Under the pieces are notes generated by a model. It was given only the letters and a program-made list of their open reading frames with translations, was not told where the DNA came from and did not search any database. Source: Gaiellaceae bacterium (GTDB taxonomy: Bacteria > Actinomycetota > Thermoleophilia > Gaiellales > Gaiellaceae). Taken from it: a stretch of 64,000 nt of DNA. Shown piece after piece: positions 8,515-18,319 of this stretch. The stretch is from NCBI GenBank assembly GCA_035556515.1, contig DATMEO010000087.1, forward strand, positions 902-64,901, in the 5' to 3' direction. The position numbers were made by a program, and so were the translations under genes. Positions within the stretch are counted from its first letter, which is position 1. Every line of letters starts with the position of its first letter.

Positions 8515-9165
8515 ATGCGCGCGCCACCTGCTCTCTACGGCGGCTTCGGCGCGCGCGTCGCGTGGCTCGTGGCCGGGCTCTTCCTGTGCTCGTGCGGGAT
8601 CGTCTGCTTCCTCGAGTCCGAGCTGGGCCTGCCGCCGTGGGACGTGCTCCACCAGGGGCTCGCCGAGCAACTCGGGGTCTCGTTCGGCGTCGCCAACCTG
8701 CTCGTCTCCGTCGCCGTGCTCGTGCTCGTCTGGCGGCTCCGAGCACGCATCGGGCTGGGCACGCTCCTGAACGCGATCCTCATCGGCTCGTTCGTGATCG
8801 CGCTGACCGCGATCGACGCCGTCGACGCGCTCTCGGAGCAGCCGCTCGGCGTCCGGATCGCGCTGATCGCGCTCGCGCTCGCCTGTTTCGGCGTCGGCTC
8901 CGCCTTCTACATTTGCGCGTCGCTCGGCGCCGGCCCGCGCGACTCGCTGATGCTGGTCACCGCGCGCCGGCTCGGTGTCAGGCTCGGCGCCGCCCGGACA
9001 GGGATCGAGCTCGCCGCGCTCGTCGTCGGCTTCCTGCTCGGCGGCACCGTCGGTATCGGCACGCTCGTCTTCGCGGTCGGGATCGGGCCCGTCGTCGAGC
9101 TCTGCTTCTGGTTGCTGGGGAGAACGCCCCTCGCGGCTCCCGCAGTAGCATCGTCCGCGGCATGA
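8515..9165 (+). CDS. integral membrane protein, YczE/COG2364-like
   Basis: ATG 8515. About 6 TM helices with GLPPWDVLHQGL and GAGPRDSLM motifs, which I recall as typical of this family. Confidence 0.65.
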   Translation: MRAPPALYGGFGARVAWLVAGLFLCSCGIVCFLESELGLPPWDVLHQGLAEQLGVSFGVANLLVSVAVLVLVWRLRARIGLGTLLNAILIGSFVIALTAIDAVDALSEQPLGVRIALIALALACFGVGSAFYICASLGAGPRDSLMLVTARRLGVRLGAARTGIELAALVVGFLLGGTVGIGTLVFAVGIGPVVELCFWLLGRTPLAAPAVASSAA

Positions 9166-9172
9166 GGGCGAC

Positions 9173-9958
9173 ATGAGGGCAAAGGGACTGATCGCGGCCG
9201 GCGGCGAGGCGACTCGGCTCGGCGAGTTGACGCGCGTCGTCAACAAGCACCTGCTCCCGGTGGGCGACTGGCCGATGATCTTCTACCCGCTGCAGCTGCT
9301 CCAGCTGGCGGGGGTGGAGGAGGTGATGATCGTCACCGGCCAGGGCCATGCGGGGCAGGTGATCGACCTGCTCGGGAACGGCCGGATGAGCCAACGCGGC
9401 AACAGCGAACCGCTCTTCGATCTCGATCTGACCTACAAGGTCCAGGTCGAGGCGGGCGGGATCGCACAGGTGGTCGGCATGGCCGAGAGCTTCGCCGGCG
9501 ACGACGATCTCGTCGTCTGCCTGGGCGACAACATCTTCGAGTACGCGGAGGCGGCGGCGATCCGCAGCTTCGTCGAAGGTGACGACGGGGCGGCGGTGTT
9601 CGTCAAGGAGGTGCCCGATCCTGAGCGCTTCGGCGTCGTCGTGTACGGCGAGGGCGACCGCGTCGTCGACGTGGTCGAAAAGGCTGGTGTCGTCGACATG
9701 CGCTACGAGGCGCCCCCCTCGAGCGACGCGGTCGTCGGTCTCTACTGCTACTCGCCTGACGTGTTCGAGCTGATCCGCGGGCTCGAGCCCTCCTCGAGGG
9801 GCGAGCTCGAGATCACGGACGTCAACCGCCACTACGCGGAGAGCGGAACGCTCGCCTGCAACCGCGTCACCGGCTGGTGGGAGGACGCCGGCACGCAGGA
9901 GTCGCTGGCCGAGATCGGCGCCCTGATCCAGCGCACCGGCGTCAACAAGCTCCCATGA
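9173..9958 (+). CDS. sugar-phosphate nucleotidyltransferase (glucose-1-phosphate thymidylyltransferase-like)
   Basis: N-terminal G-loop LIAAGGEATRLGELT..NKHLLPV and a pyrophosphorylase fold pattern. It is the first gene of the rml cluster. Confidence 0.85.
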   Translation: MRAKGLIAAGGEATRLGELTRVVNKHLLPVGDWPMIFYPLQLLQLAGVEEVMIVTGQGHAGQVIDLLGNGRMSQRGNSEPLFDLDLTYKVQVEAGGIAQVVGMAESFAGDDDLVVCLGDNIFEYAEAAAIRSFVEGDDGAAVFVKEVPDPERFGVVVYGEGDRVVDVVEKAGVVDMRYEAPPSSDAVVGLYCYSPDVFELIRGLEPSSRGELEITDVNRHYAESGTLACNRVTGWWEDAGTQESLAEIGALIQRTGVNKLP

Positions 9959-9971
9959 TCGCCAGTTTCTG

Positions 9972-10442
9972 ATGATCGAAGGCCTTCTTCGGATTCCGCT
10001 CCAGCGGTTCGAGGACGAGCGCGGCTGGTTCGCGGAGATCCGGCGCGAGACACTGCTGCCGAGGCAGACGCGGCAGACGAACCTCTCCTTCTCGCGCAAG
10101 GGCGTGCTCCGCGGCCTTCATTACCACGAGCGCGGCCAGGACGACCTCTTCGTGTGCTTGCAGGGAATGGCTCGCGTCGTCGTCCTCGACCGCGAGAGCG
10201 GCGAGACCTTCACGGAGGACATCGGCGATGACAACCCGGTTGCGATCTACATCCCGGGCCGGCACGCCCACGGTTTCGAGGCTCTCACCGATCTCTTCTT
10301 CTGTTACCACGTGACCGAGGAATACGACGCGGCGAGTCCCGACGAGCACGGCATCTGCTGGGCCGACCCGCGCGTCAAGCATCTCTGGAGCACGGACACG
10401 CCGCTCCTCTCCGAGCGGGATCTGCAGGCGTGTGACTCGTGA
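9972..10442 (+). CDS. rmlC: dTDP-4-dehydrorhamnose 3,5-epimerase
   Basis: Cupin RmlC motifs FEDERGWF, GVLRGLHYH, YIPGRHAHGF. Confidence 0.9.
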   Translation: MIEGLLRIPLQRFEDERGWFAEIRRETLLPRQTRQTNLSFSRKGVLRGLHYHERGQDDLFVCLQGMARVVVLDRESGETFTEDIGDDNPVAIYIPGRHAHGFEALTDLFFCYHVTEEYDAASPDEHGICWADPRVKHLWSTDTPLLSERDLQACDS

Positions 10443-10464
10443 GAGTCGCACGCGGGGAGGGGGT

Positions 10465-10539
10465 GTGGGGGAACCTGGAGGTTCCCCCACATCGGACGAG
10501 AAGAAGGGGGCTCGCGGGGGAAACATGGTTTCCCCTGCG
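10465..10539. repeat. two related GGGGAA-N-C palindromes between rmlC and rmlD
   Basis: Hairpin A, 10465-10490: GTGGGGGAACC-TGGA-GGTTCCCCCAC (11-bp perfect stem). Hairpin B, 10513-10539: CGCGGGGGAAAC-ATG-GTTTCCCCTGCG (12 bp with one G-T pair). The loop ATG of hairpin B is the in-frame ATG at 10525. Confidence 0.5.
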
Positions 10540-10554
10540 GGAGCGGAGCGACGC

Positions 10555-11358
10555 GTGTACGTAGTCACCGGTGCGGGCGGACAGCTGGGCCGGGCGCTGC
10601 GCGAGGAGTTCGCCGAAGACGGCGTCGTCGCGCTGACCCGAGCCGACTGGGACGTCGAGCTGCCGCTCCCCGCCGGGCTCGAGCCGGTCGACGTCATCCT
10701 CCACGCCGCCGCCTGGACGGACGTCGACGGCGCCGAGGACGATCCCCAGGGCGCCGCTGCCGTCAACGTCGGCGGGACGGCCAACGTCGCCGCGGTCGCC
10801 AGGCCGGTTGTCTACTACTCGACCGACTACGTCTTCGACGGCCGCAAGGCCGATCCGTACCTGGAATCGGACGGCCCCAACCCGCAGTCCGCGTACGGGC
10901 GGACGAAGCTCCACGGCGAGGCGGCCGCCGGTGAGCGTGCGTGGATCGTCCGCTCCTCCTGGCTCTACGGGCCGACCGGCACCAACTTCGTCCGCACGAT
11001 GCTGCGGCTCGGCGAGGAGCGGGACGAGGTCGCGGTCGTCGACGACCAGCGCGGCTCGCCGACCTACGTCGGCCACCTCGCCGCGGCGACGCGGCAGGTC
11101 CTGCTCCTGCCGTACGGCGTCTACCACGTCTCCGCCGACGGCGACGCGACCTGGGCCGACTTCGCCGAGGCCATCTTCGACGAGGCCGGCCTCGACACGC
11201 AGGTGCGGCGGATCACAACCGCGGAGCTCGGCAGGCCGGCGCCGCGGCCCGCCTACTCGGTGCTCCGGAGCGAGAAGGGCGCGCCGACGCTGCCGCACTG
11301 GCGCGAGGGCCTGCGCGAGACGATCGCCGCCATCCGCGCGGGCGCGGCGGCCGAATAG
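10555..11358 (+). CDS. rmlD: dTDP-4-dehydrorhamnose reductase
   Basis: VYVVTGAGGQLG Rossmann start typical of RmlD, then STDYVFDG and YGRTK. I prefer GTG 10555 (preceded by GGAGCGGAG). The alternative ATG 10525 sits in a hairpin loop. Confidence 0.9.
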   Translation: MYVVTGAGGQLGRALREEFAEDGVVALTRADWDVELPLPAGLEPVDVILHAAAWTDVDGAEDDPQGAAAVNVGGTANVAAVARPVVYYSTDYVFDGRKADPYLESDGPNPQSAYGRTKLHGEAAAGERAWIVRSSWLYGPTGTNFVRTMLRLGEERDEVAVVDDQRGSPTYVGHLAAATRQVLLLPYGVYHVSADGDATWADFAEAIFDEAGLDTQVRRITTAELGRPAPRPAYSVLRSEKGAPTLPHWREGLRETIAAIRAGAAAE

Positions 11359-11364
11359 AGCAGC

Positions 11365-11835
11365 ATGGCGAGCTACTCGTTCCTGACCACCTGGATCCTG
11401 GAAGCTCCCCGCGAGGAGGTCTGGGCCGCCGTCTACGCGATCGAGCGTTGGCCCGCGTGGTGGCGTGGCGTCAGGCGCGTCGACAAGCTCGAGCATGGCA
11501 ACGGCGACGGGATCGGAGCGCTCTACCGGCACGAGTGGCGGAGCGTCATCCCCTATCCCGTCCGCTTCGAGACGCGGATCACGAACATCGAGCGGCCGTT
11601 CCTGATCGAGGCGGAGGCCGACGGCGAGCTCGCCGGAACCGGCCGCTGGCGCTTCTTCGACGGCCGCGACACCGCCGTCACCTACGAGTGGAACGTGCAC
11701 ACGACCCGGCCCTGGATGAATCTGCTCGCGCCGATCGCGCGGCCGGTCTTCCGCTGGAACCACAACGTCGTCATGCACCAGGGCGGCCAGGGACTGGCCG
11801 ATCTGCTGGGGACGCGGCTCCTGGCGGTCACGTAG
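11365..11835 (+). CDS. SRPBCC (START/Bet v1/polyketide cyclase-like) superfamily protein
   Basis: 156 aa. The N-terminus has the SRPBCC pattern I recall (ILEAPREEVWAAVYAIERWPAWW). It sits between rmlD and rmlB with 6-nt and 3-nt gaps. Confidence 0.7.
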   Translation: MASYSFLTTWILEAPREEVWAAVYAIERWPAWWRGVRRVDKLEHGNGDGIGALYRHEWRSVIPYPVRFETRITNIERPFLIEAEADGELAGTGRWRFFDGRDTAVTYEWNVHTTRPWMNLLAPIARPVFRWNHNVVMHQGGQGLADLLGTRLLAVT

Positions 11836-11838
11836 CCT

Positions 11839-12839
11839 TTGGGCGTGCGCGTGCTCGTCACCGGCGGCGCCGGGTTCATCGGCTCCCACTTCGCGAAACG
11901 GCTTCAGGCCGCGGGCGACGACGTGCGCGTGCTCGACAAGCTGACCTACTCCGGTAACCCGGCGAACCTCGACGGCACGGGGATCGAGCTCGTCGTGGGC
12001 GACATCTGCGACGCGAGCGCGGTGGCCGATGCCGCGGCCGGTTGCGACGCGATCGTCAACTTCGCCGCCGAGACGCACGTCGACCGTTCCATCCTCGGTC
12101 CGGCTGAGTTCATCCAGACGAACGTCGCCGGCACGCAGGTGCTGCTCGACCACGCGCGCGCCCAAGGGATCCGGCTCGTGCACGTCTCCACGGACGAGGT
12201 CTACGGGGACGTCGCCGAGGGTGTGTCCTCGGTCGAGGACGACCCGCTCCGCCCGTCGAGCCCGTACTCCGCCGCGAAGGCCGGGGGCGACCTGCAGGTG
12301 CTCGGTTCCGTCCGGACGTACGGGGTCGACGCGCTGATCACCCGCGGCTCCAACACGTACGGCCCGTTCCAGTACCCCGAGAAGCTGCTGCCGCTCTTCG
12401 TCACGAACGCGCTCGAGGGCGAGCCGCTGCCGATGTACGGCGACGGCAACCAGGTGCGCGACTGGCTCTTCGTCGAGGACCATTGCGCCGGAGTCGAGGC
12501 CGCGCTCCGGCAGGGCCGCGCGGGTGAGGCGTACAACATCGGCGGCGGCGAGGAGGCGGCGAACCGCGAGATCACGGATCTCGTGCTCGAGCACACGGGC
12601 GCGGATGCGTCGCTCGTCCGTCGGGTCGAGGACCGCGCCGGCCACGACCGGCGCTACTCGCTCGACACGACGAAGGCGCGCACCGAGCTCGGCTGGGCAC
12701 CCGAGACCCCGCTTGCGCAGGGCTTCCCGCTCACGGCCGCCTGGTACGCCGCCAACCGTGATTGGTGGGAGCCGATCAAGCGCTCGGGCGGTTACCGGGA
12801 GTACTACGACAAGCAGTACGCAGCCAGGCTCGCCGGCTC

Positions 12840-12843
<4 letters not shown>
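11839..12843 (+). CDS. rmlB: dTDP-glucose 4,6-dehydratase
   Basis: VLVTGGAGFIGSHF, HVSTDEVYG, YSAAKAGGD (YxxxK). The start is TTG 11839 or GTG 11845. Confidence 0.95.
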
Positions 12844-14234
<1,391 letters not shown>

Positions 14235-14352
14235 GGCCTGCCCGAGGTGGCGCGGCCGAAAACGCGCGCGGGCGGCGGCGGCCGAGTTGAAGGTTCGGTA
14301 AGGAAGCCCTGGGTGCAGGGGTTCTTCCGCTAGCCTCGGCGGCAGGTCGACC

Positions 14353-15942
14353 ATGCGGCGCCTGCTCTTCGCTCTCACCGGTCTCGGTCTCGCGCTCGCG
14401 GTTTCCGCGCCCGCAGGCGTCCGCGCACCCTCTCCGACCACGCCGGCGGCGGTGACCGCGACGACGTTCCTCGTCAGTGGCCGCGGCTGGGGACACGGCG
14501 TCGGCATGAGCCAGTACGGTGCGCTCGGCTACGCGCAGGAGGGCTGGACGCACGACCAGATCCTCGGTCACTTCTACACCGGTGCCGAGCTCGGGCCTTC
14601 GGCGGTCGCCCGCGTCCGTGTTCTCGTCGCAGAGAGCAAGGCGAGCGTGACGATCCGCTCCGCGGCGCCATTCCGCGTTCGCGACGTCTTCGGGAAGACG
14701 TATCCGTTGCCGGCGGGTGCGGTCCCACTCGGTCCCAAGCTCCGGGTGATCGTCAACGGTGCGCCGACCGAGCTCGCGGGCCCGATTCTCTTCCTGCCCG
14801 GCGCGGCTCCGCTCGAGGTCGACCGGCCCTACCGTGGCCAGGTCGCGGTCTCGGTGACGGGACAGAAGCTCGACGCGATCAACGTCGTCGGCCTCGAGCA
14901 GTACCTCCAGGGCGTCGTCGCGCAGGAGATGCCGAGCGCCTGGCCCGAAGAGGCGCTGAAGGCGCAGGCGGTCGCGGCCCGCTCCTACGCGCTCGCGCAC
15001 CGGCTGAGCGGAAAAGCGTTCGACCTCTACGCCGACGTGCGCAGCCAGGTGTACGGCGGGATCGCCGGCGAGCACGTTCGCACCACGGCCGCGGTCCAGG
15101 CCACAAAGGGGCAAGTGCTCCTCTGGGAGGGTAAGCCGATCGACGCGCTCTTCCATTCGACCTCCGGCGGAGCGACGCTCGACGCGGTCGAGGTCTTCGG
15201 CAAGCCCGTGCCGTACCTCGTCGGTGTCGCCGACCCGCACAGCGCGCTCTCGCCGGTCCATCGCTGGGGGCCGACCCCCGTGGCGGAGACGTTGCTGCGG
15301 AAGGGGCTGAAGCTGCGGCTGCCGGTGACGTCGCTTCAACTCGCGCGGGCCCGGTCGGGCCGTGTCGCCACCGTCCAGGTTGGGACGTCGGCAGGGACGA
15401 CCAGGATCAGCGGCGCCGCACTGCGCCTCGCGGGCGGCCTGCGCTCGACCTGGGTCACACAGCTCGTGTCCCTGTCGCTGACCCGTCCCGGCGGCGCGGT
15501 TCGGTACGGCAAGACGGTGGCGCTCACCGGCCGGGCGAAAGGGGTCAAGGGCGCGGTGCTGCAGCAGCGGGTGGACGGTGTCTGGACGAAGGTCGCAGGG
15601 CCGGCGTTGAAGGCGAAGGTGAAGCTGCTCGCACCGGCCAGCTTCCGGATCTCGGCGGGCAAGCTGGCGGGATCGGCCCTGAAGGTGCCGGTTGCGCCGC
15701 TCCTGACCGTGCGTCCATCCGGGCCCCTGGCCGTCGCGGGGACGGTCAAGCCGCTCGCGCCCGGATCGCCGGTCGAGCTCCAGCTGGAGAGCGAAGGGAC
15801 GTGGTCGACGGTCGGGGCGACGACCACGGGCGTCGAGGGCGAGTACACATTGGCGGTCGCCCAGCCGGGGCGCTACCGCGCACGGGTCGCCCCCCTGCAG
15901 GGGTTCGCCGAGGGCCTCTCGGGCCAGATCGAGCTGCGATGA
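14353..15942 (+). CDS. SpoIID/LytB domain protein (secreted)
   Basis: Signal peptide LLFALTGLGLALAVSAPAGV. SpoIID signature GRGWGHGVGMSQYGALGYA plus EMPSAWPEEALKAQAVAARSYAL. Confidence 0.85.
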   Translation: MRRLLFALTGLGLALAVSAPAGVRAPSPTTPAAVTATTFLVSGRGWGHGVGMSQYGALGYAQEGWTHDQILGHFYTGAELGPSAVARVRVLVAESKASVTIRSAAPFRVRDVFGKTYPLPAGAVPLGPKLRVIVNGAPTELAGPILFLPGAAPLEVDRPYRGQVAVSVTGQKLDAINVVGLEQYLQGVVAQEMPSAWPEEALKAQAVAARSYALAHRLSGKAFDLYADVRSQVYGGIAGEHVRTTAAVQATKGQVLLWEGKPIDALFHSTSGGATLDAVEVFGKPVPYLVGVADPHSALSPVHRWGPTPVAETLLRKGLKLRLPVTSLQLARARSGRVATVQVGTSAGTTRISGAALRLAGGLRSTWVTQLVSLSLTRPGGAVRYGKTVALTGRAKGVKGAVLQQRVDGVWTKVAGPALKAKVKLLAPASFRISAGKLAGSALKVPVAPLLTVRPSGPLAVAGTVKPLAPGSPVELQLESEGTWSTVGATTTGVEGEYTLAVAQPGRYRARVAPLQGFAEGLSGQIELR

Positions 15943-17555
15943 CGCGCGTCGTGCTCGTGCTCGCCGCTGCGGCGCTGCTGGCGCCGCAGGCCGAGGCCGC
16001 CCGTTACGCCGTCGGAGCAGCGTCCGCGGCGGACCTGCCCCGTCTTCGCGCCGCGCTCCCCGATGCCGAGAGCCTGGCGCCGATCCCGGCGCTCGTCGTC
16101 GAGCGCGCGACGGCCCCTCGATTGCGCGATCTCCCCGGCGCCGTCTACGTCGAGCGGCTCGGCACGCGTCGTGCCGCGTACGTTCCGAACGACTCGCTCG
16201 CGCCGAAGCAATGGCACCTCGAGTTCAACCGCACCTTCGACTTCTGGGAAGCGCCGACGCCGCTGCCGGCCGTCCGGGTCGCCGTGATCGACTCCGGGAT
16301 CGACGGCGACCACCCCGATCTCGCGGGTAGGATCGCCGACGCGAAGTCGTTCGTCGGCGGCTCCGCTCGTGTCGACGAGGAGGGTCACGGCACCTTCGTC
16401 GCCGGCCTGATCGCGGCCGGGGTCAACAACACGATCGGGATCGCGGGCTCTGCCTCGTCGGCCGAGCTCCTCGTCGCGAAGGTCGTCGACGGCAACGACC
16501 TGATCGACGTCGAGGCGGAGGTGAAGGCGATCAAGTGGGCGGTCGAGCGTGACGCTCGCGTGATCAACATGAGCCTCGGCGGCTTTCGCGACCCGCGCGA
16601 CCCCGACCGGGACGCCTTCTCGCCGCTCGAGGCGCAGGCGATCGGCTGGGCGCACGGAAGGGGTGTCGTCATCGTCGCCGCGGTCGGCAACAACACCGAC
16701 ACGCCGCCACGGCCGTGGCCGTTCGCGAGCTACCCGGCGGCGCTGCCGCACGTGCTCGGTGTCAGCGCGCTGGCGCGGGACGGGTCGGTGCCCGTCTTCT
16801 CGCACCGGGACAAGATCTACAACGACATCGCTGCGCCGGGCGTCGGCATCCTCTCGACCTTTCCGCGCGCTCTGACCGCCGAGACGAAGGAGTGCGCGGA
16901 GCAGGGCTACTCGAGCTGCGCCCCCGACGACTTCCGCAAGGGGCAGGGCACGTCCTTCGCGGCGCCGCAGGTGAGCGCCGCCGCCGCCGTCCTGCTCGCG
17001 ATCAGGCCCAACCTGCGGCCGGAGCAGGTGACGGAGCTCCTGACGCGGACATCGCACGACGTCAACGGCGCCACCGGCTGCCCCGGCTGCGGCACCCAGC
17101 GGGACGCGCTGACGGGCTGGGGCAGGCTCGACGTCAATGCCGCGCTGAAGCAGCTCCTGAGCGCCGGACCGCCGCCGCGCGACCGGCTCGAGCCCAACGA
17201 CGACGCCGGCACGGACGCGGCCGCGATCTGGGGCCGAAGGAACCGGATCGAGGCCACCGTCGACTTCTGGGACGACCAGAACGACGTCTACGCGATCAAG
17301 CTCAAGCGGCGGCAGCGGGTCTTCATCAGCGTGCGCGGGCCGGCCGGTACCGACACGAACCTGATCCTTTGGCGGCCGCGAACGAAGCACGTCGACGACC
17401 TCGCCTCGCTCAACCTCGTCGCCCGCCAGTCGGCCCGACCAGGCCCGAGCGAATATCTCGGGTTCCGCGCGCCGAGGACTGGGACGTACTACGTCCAGGT
17501 GAAGCTCGGCTCCCGCGGCGCCGGCAAGTACCGGCTCGCGCTGGTCAAGAAGTGA
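15939..17555 (+). CDS. secreted S8 (subtilisin-like) serine protease with C-terminal pre-peptidase (PPC)-like domain
   Basis: ATG 15939 overlaps the SpoIID stop (ATGA). Catalytic triad contexts VAVIDSGID, HGTFVAGLIAAG, GTSFAAPQVSAAAAV. The C-terminus has EPNDD...DVYAI...GTYYVQV. Confidence 0.9.
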   Translation: MTRVVLVLAAAALLAPQAEAARYAVGAASAADLPRLRAALPDAESLAPIPALVVERATAPRLRDLPGAVYVERLGTRRAAYVPNDSLAPKQWHLEFNRTFDFWEAPTPLPAVRVAVIDSGIDGDHPDLAGRIADAKSFVGGSARVDEEGHGTFVAGLIAAGVNNTIGIAGSASSAELLVAKVVDGNDLIDVEAEVKAIKWAVERDARVINMSLGGFRDPRDPDRDAFSPLEAQAIGWAHGRGVVIVAAVGNNTDTPPRPWPFASYPAALPHVLGVSALARDGSVPVFSHRDKIYNDIAAPGVGILSTFPRALTAETKECAEQGYSSCAPDDFRKGQGTSFAAPQVSAAAAVLLAIRPNLRPEQVTELLTRTSHDVNGATGCPGCGTQRDALTGWGRLDVNAALKQLLSAGPPPRDRLEPNDDAGTDAAAIWGRRNRIEATVDFWDDQNDVYAIKLKRRQRVFISVRGPAGTDTNLILWRPRTKHVDDLASLNLVARQSARPGPSEYLGFRAPRTGTYYVQVKLGSRGAGKYRLALVKK

Positions 17556-17558
17556 CGT

Positions 17559-17978
17559 CTACTCCACGAATGGGTTCTCGACCGCGACCCCCGCGATTGT
17601 CGAGCCGGCGGCGAGATCCTCGGTCAGGAGCACTCCGCAACCTCCGGCTCGGGCTGCCGCGACGATCAGGCCGTCCCAGAACGAAAGCTGCGCCTGTCGG
17701 CTGATCCTGATGCCGTCGAGCACGAGCTCTGCGTCGATTGCGACGATGGGTAGTCCGCTCAGCTCCTCGACGTAGCCGGCGCCATCGTCCTCCGACAGCG
17801 GCACGGCGAGCTTTCGCGTCGTCACGACATAGAGCTCCGCCAGCACCTGTGCGCTGAGCACGAGCAGATCGGCCCGCTCTGCGAGCACCGTACGCGCGAT
17901 GCCTCGCTTGGCGGGTTCGCCCGTGTCGACGGCGTAGACGAGAACGTTGGTGTCGACGAACGCGCGGTCAGCGCTCAT
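17559..17978 (-). CDS. vapC: PIN-domain toxin (VapC-like ribonuclease)
   Basis: N-terminal FVDTNVLVYAVD with later acidic positions (LAE..., WDGLIVAAA, LLTEDL), the usual PIN layout. It overlaps the upstream antitoxin gene by 11 nt. Confidence 0.85.
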   Translation of the reverse strand: MSADRAFVDTNVLVYAVDTGEPAKRGIARTVLAERADLLVLSAQVLAELYVVTTRKLAVPLSEDDGAGYVEELSGLPIVAIDAELVLDGIRISRQAQLSFWDGLIVAAARAGGCGVLLTEDLAAGSTIAGVAVENPFVE

Positions 17979-18198
17979 GCAGCTCGTCGCGCGTCCACGA
18001 CCTGCCGTCCCGACCACTGGAGGCGGCCGACTCCGCCGATCGTTCGAGGAACGCGGTGACAGCCTCGCGCGCTCGCTCGCCTGCGAAGTGCTCCAGGTAC
18101 GAGCGCACGAGGGCGTTCACCGATGTGCCCTGCTCGAGAGCCCGGACGCGAGCGGCCTTGAGCAGCCTGTCGTCGATTGTCAGGGTCAGATTTGCCAC
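17968..18198 (-). CDS. ribbon-helix-helix antitoxin (VapB-like)
   Basis: GTG 18198. The N-terminus NLTLTIDDRLLKAARVRALEQGTSVNALVRSYLEHF fits an RHH (CopG/Arc) fold. 76 aa, located immediately upstream of the PIN gene. Confidence 0.7.
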   Translation of the reverse strand: MANLTLTIDDRLLKAARVRALEQGTSVNALVRSYLEHFAGERAREAVTAFLERSAESAASSGRDGRSWTRDELHER

Positions 18199-18233
18199 GG
18201 GATCAGTGTAGCACGGATTACGTGTACGGCGCC

Positions 18234-18262
18234 GTGAGCGCCGCGTGAGCGGCGTGTGAGCG
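18234..18262. promoter_or_regulatory. three direct GTGAGCG repeats at 11-nt phasing upstream of vapB (candidate operator)
   Basis: GTGAGCG occurs at 18234, 18245 and 18256 with exact 11-nt spacing. It is followed by GCGTTCAC (imperfect inverted copy). The array starts 36 nt (18234) upstream of the vapB start, in the divergent region shared with the TolB-like gene. Confidence 0.4.
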
Positions 18263-18319
18263 TGCTCGCGTTCACTCGTGCAAAGGCGCACGATGTGCCT
18301 TGACAAGAGGGAGGTCCGC

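Noticed and set aside
9162-9181. Tandem duplication CATGAGGGC-GA-CATGAGGGC at the YczE-like/rmlA junction
   Set aside because: It is a 9-nt coincidence or duplication spanning a stop and the next start. It is too short to interpret and no further structure was seen.
10375-12645. 756-aa minus-strand ORF antisense to the whole rml operon
   Set aside because: It overlaps five recognisable plus-strand genes. The product is low-complexity (R, A, D, V, G) with no domain signature. This is a classic high-GC antisense open frame.
14352-14355. Divergent kinase and SpoIID starts sharing one CATG (and likewise ettA/MaoC at 62715-62718 and hsp20/small ORF at 6783-6786)
   Set aside because: CATG reads as ATG on both strands, so these are probably artefacts of taking the longest ORF. 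Downstream GTG starts fit the conserved N-termini better and leave promoter space.
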